Assembly (NCBI GenBank): GCA_019058275.1
Contig: JAHLVW010000033.1
Location: forward strand, 1-38,677
DNA length: 38,677 nucleotides
Origin: Candidatus Heimdallarchaeota archaeon
GTDB lineage: Archaea; Asgardarchaeota; Heimdallarchaeia; JABLTI01
Direction: 5' to 3'
Part shown: in pieces, positions 10,031-18,302 of the stretch
Layout: each line of letters begins with the position of its first letter
Numbering within the stretch: the stretch's first letter is position 1
Notes under the pieces: generated by a model
Database searches by the model: none
What the model was told of the DNA's origin: nothing
The model's input: the letters and a program-made list of their open reading frames with translations, nothing else
Program-made: the position numbers and the translations under genes

Positions 10031-11282
10031 ATGGATAGGATAAGATGCGGGATCTTTTCTGCAAAAACAAATGTGCCTTATCGTGCAGGAAAACTAGCTG
10101 TTAAACGAGCAACAGGTCAGATTTTTGATAAGAATCCTGCTTTGTGTTTGATTTTCTTTTCACCAAGATATTCTTCTCCGGATTTAGTAGAAGGAGTAGT
10201 ACAAACAGTTCCAGCTGATGTTGTTGCTGGTTGTTCCACAAATGGTGAAATAGCTTCTGGTTACTGGCGAGAGAGTGTAATTGCTATTGCTCTATCAACA
10301 GATTATATGAGATTTGGAATTGCAGCTGAATCAAATGAAAAACTAGTAACAGGTTCGAAAGAAGTTTATCAACAATTTTACGAACGAGCTTTAAAAGACT
10401 TAAGAGATAAGATGATTTTTCATGCTTCTGAGATGTTCATTCCTGTCAGTCCACATAACATTACTCCTGATTTTGGTATGATTTTTCTTCCTGGTACTGA
10501 TATCGAGCTTGAACCAAAAGCTAATGAAGTAATCCTTGGTCTGAGAGAATTTGCTGGTGACTTGCCTCTTATTGGTGGCATAAGTGGTGGATGATTGCAA
10601 TTACGAAACAGGTTATGTTATTTATAAAGATGAATTCCTTGAAGATCATACCCTTCTTATTCTAGGACGTTCTGATTTAGAAGTTTCAATGGCGCAAAAA
10701 CATGGTTATCATATTAAGGAAGAACTAACATTAACTGAATCTAATCGTAATAATCTGCAAAGTATAAATAATAAACCCGCTTCTGAAGCTTATTTTAAAA
10801 TACTTAATCTACCTGTTTTAGAAATATCTGATTTACGAGATGAAATCTGTGCCCTAAATCCTCTAGCGATAAAAGACATGAAAACCGATGAACTTCAGAT
10901 TTTGTTTTCTATGTCTAGAGGAAGAAATACAATTGATTTAACAGTTTCTCAATCTATACCTCAAGAATCAAAGCTCTATTTAGTTGAAGCAGATATTGAA
11001 GAATCTAAAAAAGCTACTTTGGAATCTATCAAAGCTGCTTTTTCATCTGGAAATATCAAAGATCCACGTGTTGGAATAATTTTTTCCTGTGTTGGTCGAA
11101 GCACTTTCTATTTTGAAAGATCTTTAGCAGAAATTGAGGAAATAAAAAGTCGATTCAAATACACGGATATTGGTGGAGCTTACTTAAATGGAACTATTTA
11201 TGAAAAAAGTGATTGGGTTTCAGAGGGTACAACAAGTACATTATTGATTGGTAATAATCTGAAAAAAAGATCAGAAAGATAA
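10031..11282 (+). pseudogene. FIST-N/FIST-C domain sensory protein split by a +1 frameshift (real or sequencing error)
   Basis: GCSTNGEI and IFSCVGR FIST motifs; GGISG-DD motif broken by one extra G at about 10589-10590, which joins ORFs 10031..10594 and 10584..11282. Confidence 0.8.
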
Positions 11283-11305
11283 GAATGGAAGGAATTGTTT
11301 TTAAT

Positions 11306-12247
11306 TCATTCATTAGCATTTGCAGAGAAGACATTCGCATTGTGCCAACCTTCTCTTCTTAATATTTCATTAGACATTTTTAGAACTTTTAGCTTTTTCT
11401 GCAGACAAACATAGGTATGTGGTAAATCACCTATTGATTCACCCATAGCTTGCGCTGGTATTCTTTTCTCTGATTTAGTACTTAATACCACTTTTTTTCC
11501 TCTGATAACTTCAACCTTTGGATGTTCTATGTGTGTTCCATCCTTAAGCTTTGCAGAAGTAATCAATGCTTCAAATATACCCGCGTCTCCTATAACAACT
11601 ACATCAAGAAGTCCATCATCAATTATAGCATTTGGTGCTACCATTTTCTTGTTTCCAGCTCGCTGGCTGTTTCCAATCATAACTGTTAAGCATTTCATAT
11701 CGCGTATTTCTCTACCATCATCGATATCAATATGCATATGCCTTGGACGATAAGTGAAAAGTGATTTGATTAAATCAATATTATAACTTATTCTAGTATT
11801 TTTACCATAGACTTTTTCTGCAATGTAAGCATCAATTCCTGCACCAGCGATTCCGATGCAATATCGTGTTCCTTCATCAATTTCCATACAATCAATGAAC
11901 CTATATTCCTTCTTTGTAAGCATTTCTATAATGTCTTGTATTTTATTAGTTTGACGTAAGCTAAATGCATTGTCATTTCCTCGACCTGCAGGGATTATCC
12001 CCAAAGTTGTTTTAAAACCAGTTTGCCCAATTCCAGTGATAATTTCATTTACCGTTCCATCTCCTCCGTATGCAACTAGTACTTCATGATCTTCTAAGGA
12101 TTCTTTTGTTATTCTAATTGCATCATTGATTCCTTTCGTCCATTCTACCTCAAAATCAAGTCCTGCTACTTTAAGTTCCTTAATAACATTAGGCCAGTTT
12201 TTTCGAGCTTTCCCTCCATATGTTGCTGGATTACAAATAATCTTCAT
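11306..12247 (-). CDS. Diacylglycerol/lipid kinase family protein (YegS/BmrU/DAGK-like)
   Basis: NPATYGG, GGDGTVNE, IPAGRGND, GAGIDA, APNAIIDDGLLDV. Confidence 0.9.
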   Translation of the reverse strand: MKIICNPATYGGKARKNWPNVIKELKVAGLDFEVEWTKGINDAIRITKESLEDHEVLVAYGGDGTVNEIITGIGQTGFKTTLGIIPAGRGNDNAFSLRQTNKIQDIIEMLTKKEYRFIDCMEIDEGTRYCIGIAGAGIDAYIAEKVYGKNTRISYNIDLIKSLFTYRPRHMHIDIDDGREIRDMKCLTVMIGNSQRAGNKKMVAPNAIIDDGLLDVVVIGDAGIFEALITSAKLKDGTHIEHPKVEVIRGKKVVLSTKSEKRIPAQAMGESIGDLPHTYVCLQKKLKVLKMSNEILRREGWHNANVFSANANE

Positions 12248-12517
12248 TATTATTATCTCCTGCTAACAATTGACCTTAAATCATTTTTAGGGTAACATCT
12301 TTACTTCTTATAGTTATTTCGTATTTTTGTGCAAAAAATTACCTAAAAGAAAACTTATTTCCATGTAACTGAACAAAACTTATTTTAAATGATAGATTTA
12401 AAAAATGTATAGACAAAAATCTCTTCATCTTAGAGAATTGTAGCAATAAAACTAACTATTACTAGTAATTAATGGATAAAATACATTCTTGAGGAAAAAA
12501 TGGAGACAAGCTCATAA

Positions 12518-13270
12518 ATGCCTATTGCAAGACAAGTCATGATTTTAACAAAAGAGGGATTATTACTTCTCGATTATAAATTTAGATACTCAGATGGGAT
12601 GTTAATGGAAACAAATCCCGATCTACTTTCAGGCATGTTGTCTGCTATTCTTACTGTTGCTAAAGAAACATCAGGTGGATTAGTATCGACAATTCAGCAA
12701 GACAATTACAATGTTTTAGTTAGTGAAGGTGAAAAAACCTATGCTCTGTTGTTTATCGACGAAGATAGTAGAGAATTAGATAATATTGCTAAGTTAATTG
12801 TTGGTAGATTTGAAACAAAATACAAGGATGATTTAGATGGAATCATATCTGATGTTTCGATTTTCAAAACATTCATAGAGGATTTAGAAGAAATTAACGC
12901 TCAAATCTTTAAAGTTGATGCTGAGCTTTTATCAAAATTAATACCTGAAGTAACTCCAATTAAGAATGTTTCAATCTTTGAGAAACCAATGAATCATCAG
13001 GTATATACTGGTCCTCGAGATCCATTTGTAAGTGAGTATGAACATTATTTTACAGAATTTGCTGTGAAGCTGATCGAATCACAAGCTGACCTTTCAGAAA
13101 AAACCTTGCAATTTCCTAGTAGATCTATCTTACAGTTTAAGGATAATGTAATTGTGCTTGAAGATTTAGGCTCACATGTTCTAATGATTGTTGGTGAGAA
13201 TGCAGATGATATCATAGCTCGAATTAAGAAAATTAGAAGAAAAGCAGGAATACCCGCAGCTAAGGGATGA
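12518..13270 (+). CDS. Longin-domain protein with a C-terminal roadblock/LC7-like domain (eukaryotic signature protein)
   Basis: ILTKEGLLLL, DLLSGMLSAI, FETKY...F..F longin pattern; second alpha-beta-beta-alpha-beta-beta-beta-alpha unit. Confidence 0.75.
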   Translation: MPIARQVMILTKEGLLLLDYKFRYSDGMLMETNPDLLSGMLSAILTVAKETSGGLVSTIQQDNYNVLVSEGEKTYALLFIDEDSRELDNIAKLIVGRFETKYKDDLDGIISDVSIFKTFIEDLEEINAQIFKVDAELLSKLIPEVTPIKNVSIFEKPMNHQVYTGPRDPFVSEYEHYFTEFAVKLIESQADLSEKTLQFPSRSILQFKDNVIVLEDLGSHVLMIVGENADDIIARIKKIRRKAGIPAAKG

Positions 13271-13290
13271 ATGAATCAAAAAACTCACTT

Positions 13291-13318
13291 GAAGGAATAA
13301 TTACTAATTCCTTCTTTT
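13291..13318 (+). terminator. Hairpin plus T-tract after the longin gene
   Basis: GAAGGAAT(13291-98)/ATTCCTTC(13307-14) 8-bp stem followed by TTTT. Confidence 0.5.
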
Positions 13319-13377
13319 AATAAATTTTAATAACTACTATTTTATTGTTCAGAAATAATTACTCTGGGGTAGACGAT

Positions 13378-13926
13378 ATGTATGATGAAGTAAAGAAAAT
13401 TTGGCCTGAAATTGAATGGATTAAAGATGAAAATCTAAAAGAAAGTGTATACAAAACATGGGATTATGCACTAGAACAAAGTGTCTTAAGTGCAGAAGAT
13501 TTACAAAAAATACCCTTCACATTACTGATTAAGGATTGCAAAGTTACTTTTATGGAGCACAAACAAGCAGTTGTGCATATTGCTGTAGAATCAGCTAAGG
13601 TAATGCAGAAATTCTTCGGTGAAAAACTCCCAATTAAAATGGATTATCTTATTGCTGGAGCAATACTCATCGATGTTGGGAAATTGTTGGAATATGTTCT
13701 AGAAGATGGAAAAGCTGTTGTTGGAAAAACTGGCAAATTGCTGAGACATCCATTTACTGGTGTTGGTTTAGCCATGAGATTTGGTGTTCCTGATGAAGTC
13801 TGCCATATGATAGCAACTCATTCAAAGGAAGGAGATCTTGGAAAGAGAACAATAGAAGGAATAATTATTCATCATGCAGATTTCATAAGCTATGAACCAT
13901 TCAAACCAGATACTATGAGGTTTTAA
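13378..13926 (+). CDS. HD-superfamily phosphohydrolase, MptB/MJ0837-like family
   Basis: IPFTLL, EH, (I)DVGKLLEY, LRHPFTG, THSKEG, HHAD; canonical HD reads ID here. Confidence 0.7.
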   Translation: MYDEVKKIWPEIEWIKDENLKESVYKTWDYALEQSVLSAEDLQKIPFTLLIKDCKVTFMEHKQAVVHIAVESAKVMQKFFGEKLPIKMDYLIAGAILIDVGKLLEYVLEDGKAVVGKTGKLLRHPFTGVGLAMRFGVPDEVCHMIATHSKEGDLGKRTIEGIIIHHADFISYEPFKPDTMRF

Positions 13927-13940
13927 ATCATAATCTTAAC

Positions 13941-13958
13941 AAACGAAAGATTCAAAAA
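13941..13958 (+). promoter_or_regulatory. BRE/TATA-like promoter of tRNA-Val
   Basis: AAACGAAAGATTCA is identical to the 14-mer upstream of tRNA-Ala (19990-20003) and lies at a similar distance. Confidence 0.6.
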
Positions 13959-13990
13959 GAAAAAAGGAGCGAAAGATTAATGCTTAAAGT

Positions 13991-14067
13991 GGGCGGGTGA
14001 TCTAGCCCGGCATGATGCCGCCTTGACGTGGCGGAAATCGGGAGTTCAAATCTCCCCTCGCCCACCA
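13991..14067 (+). tRNA. tRNA-Val(GAC)
   Basis: Acceptor GGGCGGG/CTCGCCC, anticodon arm CCGCC-TT GAC GT-GGCGG, T-arm GGGAG-TTCAAAT-CTCCC, encoded CCA. Confidence 0.97.
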
Positions 14068-14345
14068 TTATTTCTATTCTTTTTCTTGTTTTCTATATCC
14101 AATTGCTTCTAATTTAGTCTTCAAAATAAAATCTTTTGGATTTTCTCCGGCTTCTAATTCTCCTAATATTTTCCTTCTGTATTTTTCTTCTTCTCCATTT
14201 ACAACTCTCCAAACCAGGAACATAACAACATCTGATTCTACTTTAGTTAAATGTTTCATGAATATTACCACACTCTATATTCCTTTTTTCAGCTTCTACA
14301 AATACACTCGACAAAATTATTTAAAAAAAGCTAATTAGCTGATTT

Positions 14346-15146
14346 TTGTTATTTATAAAGCTAATTCACAATAACTCTTTGAGAAAATTGCTAGAGAAGG
14401 AATTTGTTCTAAGTAAAACAGAGTTTGTTGCGTTTCTAAAATGTCCTTTCCAATTTTATCTGTTAAAAGAATTATATAAGCCAACAAATCAAAAGAGAAG
14501 AAATAATTATTCTGACTATGAGCAATTTCTACAAGATGGTTTGGATAATCATCTATGGTTACAAAATTTCTATAAAAACTTCAGTGTTGATATCAAAAGC
14601 AACATAGATCCTTTGTTGAAACTACCAGATGAAGCGGATTATTGGAAAAGGAATTTTGTGAATTTCGAAGTTAAAAGGTATAAGGAGAAAAATGATTTTT
14701 GGGAACCTGTTGCTGTTGAATTCTATCTTTGCAATGACTCTTTTTGTGGAACTATCGATCGAATAGATTTGTTAAACGAATTGGGTGATTGTCGAATTGT
14801 GGAGTACAAATCATATCCTAGTGAGTTTGATGAGGAAGAATTGCTATTCTACACAGTTCTATTAACAAATCACTTGCCCATTATAGATGTACCAAATATA
14901 ACAAAAGTTACTGAATTTGGGATTTATTATTATAAAATAAATGAATTCTACAAAGCAAAGGTAACTCCTGAAATTATAAACACATTTGAAGAGTATCTTG
15001 AAAAATTACGTACTGAAATGTTAGATCCGAGCTTTATTAAAAAGAAGAAAACTTGTGATTTTACTAATTCAAGATGCTTATATCGTGAGATTTGTAAAAG
15101 AATCCATATAAAACATCAGAAAATTTTCGGACATTCGAAAACATAG
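14346..15146 (+). CDS. PD-(D/E)XK nuclease, Cas4/AddB-like, with a predicted 4-Cys Fe-S cluster (solo, not CRISPR-linked here)
   Basis: FLKCPFQFYL; E..GTIDRID..IVEYKS; C-terminal CDFTNSRCLYREIC; exact start uncertain. Confidence 0.8.
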   Translation: MLFIKLIHNNSLRKLLEKEFVLSKTEFVAFLKCPFQFYLLKELYKPTNQKRRNNYSDYEQFLQDGLDNHLWLQNFYKNFSVDIKSNIDPLLKLPDEADYWKRNFVNFEVKRYKEKNDFWEPVAVEFYLCNDSFCGTIDRIDLLNELGDCRIVEYKSYPSEFDEEELLFYTVLLTNHLPIIDVPNITKVTEFGIYYYKINEFYKAKVTPEIINTFEEYLEKLRTEMLDPSFIKKKKTCDFTNSRCLYREICKRIHIKHQKIFGHSKT

Positions 15147-15400
15147 CCTCTCTCTCCTTATTTGAGAACCTCTTTTTTTTCAATTTTATGTTGATTAACG
15201 ATGGAAAAAAATCGGACTTTTAACCCTTCATAACATAAAAAGATATTTTTTCGGACTTTCGATAAATAGTTTTTACTTTAAAATTAAGAAAAACTAATTT
15301 TAATCATACTAAGATGCGAAAATAGTATGGAAATACCTCCCTCATATATTTCTAGATAAATAGCACACTCAGTCTAAGTGTTTTTCAAAGTTAAATGATG

Positions 15401-16429
15401 TCATTCTATATCAAAAAGCTCATTTCTCCACTCTAGTTGCATTTCGGAGAATTTACTTGGAGAAATCAAATGATTTGTAGTTTGATAATTACAAAATGTT
15501 CTAAGAAATTGCATTATTACTCTGCTATTGATTCGTTGATTTTTAATCTTTATATCATAGAGTTGTTCAATTTGCTTTTTAAGTTGTAATTCTTTAGTTA
15601 GTACTACTACATAACTTGTTTTAGGTTCAAGGTAAGGTAACAGCATTTGTAATTTATCAGTTGGTTTTAATGGAAATTTCACCGGAGTAGAGTTAGCAAT
15701 ATAAAACCTTGCTATATCTTGTCTTTCTTCTAAAATATCATAAACAGAATTCTCACTTGTCGATGTTTTTATTACAAGGAGCGTAAAAAGATCAAAAGGC
15801 AAAGCAGTTTTCCCTTTTTCAAAACCGGAATAAGATCCATTTGCTAAGTTAAATTCCTGATCCAACTCGATATATGTTCGATTCTGTCTGTATTTTAATA
15901 GTAAATCTTCTACACCTTTAAGATAAAGTGAATCTAATAAACGGAAATTAAAATGACCAGAAGAAAGAAGAGTATCCGGATTAATTCCTAGGTATTTTGC
16001 TCTTGTATGTTTTCTATGAAGAAATTTCAGTAGGTCTTTTGATTTTTTAAGATTTAATGATCCAATTTGTACTGTGTATGCAACCTTATAAAACGCTGGT
16101 ATGTATAAGTAACAACCATCTTTATCTCTTGAATAAGATGTATTCTTAATTCAAATATTAGAAAGATAGGATTGAAAGTCTAAGACATATGTGTTACTTG
16201 CACTTGTGAAGGAAATTCCGCCTTTAAACGAACCATCTGCGTCCATTGCTCCGCGCCAGTAAAGATTACGATAAGGCTCTCCTAATTGTTTAAATAATAA
16301 TGGTTCTCGTAAGGAATCATACTTAGCTCCTTGAATTGTCTGATCTGTCAGGAAATTGAATAATCGAACCGCTGAAGATGACCGTAATTCAACATTCCAA
16401 GCGTTCCCTGTTTGAAAGATTTTCATCAT
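15401..16429 (-). pseudogene. LAGLIDADG endonuclease-like protein with an XRE-like HTH; N-truncated, one in-frame TGA
   Basis: YWRGAMDADGSF motif; ORFs 16151..16429 and 15401..15865 are in one frame joined by 95 open codons after TGA 16151-16153; LLLKYR..ELDQEFNL..SGFEKGK..LPFDL resembles an HTH. Confidence 0.75.
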
Positions 16430-16579
16430 AGAATTCCAAAGAACTTATTGAAAAAAAACCGAATTGGATTAATTATAGTTAATGAGGATAAAGCTGATTT
16501 CCTTTATAAACCAAGAAAATCCAAAATTATTCATAAAAATATAATGAATAAAATGTTACATTTGATTTGAGGTGTAGAA

Positions 16580-17860
16580 TTGGAAGTAAAAAATTTCTAT
16601 CGGTTTAATGTAACATACGAGAAATCAATATTTAATGAGCTAAAAGATGACTATTTTGGAATATCAATAAGTGCTCATTTAGTATTATTTTATGAAAAAT
16701 TCTTTTCAACATTTTTAAGAGATTTAAAAAAACCATTTTTTATTGATTTGGTTTCTTACGTCTTTGCAAGAGATTTAGCGAATATTAAGAAAATAGATAA
16801 GGATGGCAATCTATCGTTTAAGAAATCATATCAAAAACTCATTGATTATTGTGATGGGGAAATTAAAAACATCTTAACGAATAGGGAATTCATACCAAAA
16901 GATTTTATTGATAATAATGGTAGTCTTGTTAGTGAATTTACAGAAAAATTAATTTCATTTCAAAAGGATTTCTTTTCTTTAAAATCTGTTAAAGCATTTG
17001 ATAAATATGATAAAATACTAGGTAAAACAAGAGGAGAATTAAAGCCATTATTTCTAACAACTCCTTATTTCTATTTTGAAACCTTGAATGATCCTTGGTA
17101 TAAGATATCATTATCAATAGCAAAATCTGCTCTATCAATGAAAGATGAATTTGATTTATATGCAGTTCTTTGTTTTTCAGAAGAATTGTTATTGAGAAAA
17201 GATGATATTTTGAAAATGATTGAAGACTATTCAGGATTTGATGGATATATTTTTTGGATTTCTGATTTTGATGAGAAAGAAATATCCCCTGTGTATCTCA
17301 CATTTTTAATTAATTTTGTAGAGAAACTTGCAGAAAAAGGAAAGCCAATTTACAATCTCTATGGTGAATATTTCTCATTAATATTATCTAAAATAGGTCT
17401 TTCTGGTTATTCAAGAGGTTTAGGTTTTAGTGAAAATAAATTTGTTGATGCTTGTGTTACTGGAGGAGGTCAACCAAAGAGATTTTATTCCGCATTACTG
17501 CATTATTCAATAAGTGAAACTGCAATAACGCAATTATATTCCATATTTCCAAACTTATTATGCAATTGTAATATTTGTCAATTAATCAGAAATGATTTAG
17601 GCATTTCAAAAAAACCTTCATTAAAAGAAATTGAAGATTTCTTTATGCATTTTGATTTCATATTTGATTCAAAAAAGCATATGGTTAATTTGCATGCAAT
17701 AGAAATCAAGGATGTTACAGATTCCAGTCTGGATGATATTATTACAGAACTAAGTAATAGAATCACATTTTATGATGAGTATGATTTAGATTTATACGGA
17801 ATAAGAAGAAATCATCTTGTTAATTGGTTAAATTGTTTAGAAGAATATAATAGCAGATAA
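16580..17860 (+). CDS. Hypothetical protein with CxCxxC...H Zn site, possibly TGT-like TIM barrel
   Basis: TTG start with GAGGTG SD; TGGGQPKRFY and LCNCNIC...H near the C-terminus. Confidence 0.6.
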   Translation: MEVKNFYRFNVTYEKSIFNELKDDYFGISISAHLVLFYEKFFSTFLRDLKKPFFIDLVSYVFARDLANIKKIDKDGNLSFKKSYQKLIDYCDGEIKNILTNREFIPKDFIDNNGSLVSEFTEKLISFQKDFFSLKSVKAFDKYDKILGKTRGELKPLFLTTPYFYFETLNDPWYKISLSIAKSALSMKDEFDLYAVLCFSEELLLRKDDILKMIEDYSGFDGYIFWISDFDEKEISPVYLTFLINFVEKLAEKGKPIYNLYGEYFSLILSKIGLSGYSRGLGFSENKFVDACVTGGGQPKRFYSALLHYSISETAITQLYSIFPNLLCNCNICQLIRNDLGISKKPSLKEIEDFFMHFDFIFDSKKHMVNLHAIEIKDVTDSSLDDIITELSNRITFYDEYDLDLYGIRRNHLVNWLNCLEEYNSR

Positions 17861-17873
17861 AATTTTATAATTT

Positions 17874-17909
17874 CGAAGATCACCGGTTCAAATCCGGGAT
17901 CGCCCACCA
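17874..17909 (+). repeat. tRNA 3'-end fragment (att-like scar), Val-like
   Basis: CGAAGATCACCGGTTCAAATCCGGGATCGCCCACCA aligns gap-free with the tRNA-Val 3' 36 nt (25/36 by hand count), including the terminal TCGCCCACCA. Confidence 0.8.
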
Positions 17910-17984
17910 CTTTTCTATTTCACCTTGTTACTAAGCATTTGTTTTATTCAAGGTATCTCTCCTCTACAAAGTAGAGCTCAATAT

Positions 17985-18125
17985 ATGAAAAAATATCATA
18001 TAGAAATTAAATAACCTATAGTAAAACGTGACAAATGCAAAATCCTCTTTCATGAGAAGCACATCTAGTAAACAAAGGATAAGGAATTTGTTTGTCCTAC
18101 AAGCAAGTCAACAGTTTATTTGTAA
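17985..18125 (+). pseudogene. Decayed RING/Zn-finger gene remnant
   Basis: Reads MKKYHIEIK*PIVKRDKCKILFHEKHI**TKDKEFVCPTSKSTVYL*; CGT and AGC sit where Cys (TGT/TGC) is expected. Confidence 0.4.
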
Positions 18126-18302
18126 GATTTTAAGAAGTCTATGTAGTTTAATTAAGAATTGAATATAGAAAATAGGTTTATAAGCTAACATCTAACAGCT
18201 TAATATATATCTGATAAGTCTAACAAACTAATCTAGCAACTATCTTTAGCTATTTTTTTCTCATATATTTTAGCTATTTTTTGAATACTAGTGAGGGATT
18301 TT

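Larger units (their letters stand above)
14068..17909. mobile_element. Degenerate islet integrated at tRNA-Val (no integrase visible)
   Basis: Bounded by tRNA-Val and a tRNA 3' fragment; carries a nuclease, a LAGLIDADG pseudogene and an orphan gene. Confidence 0.5.

Noticed and set aside
14074-14271. 65-aa minus-strand ORF right after tRNA-Val
   Set aside because: May be a gene fragment, but shows no integrase or other motif to support a call
14346-15146. CRISPR-Cas locus suggested by Cas4-like and Cas12-like genes
   Set aside because: No repeat-spacer array, cas1 or cas2 seen in the window; the two genes are 22 kb apart
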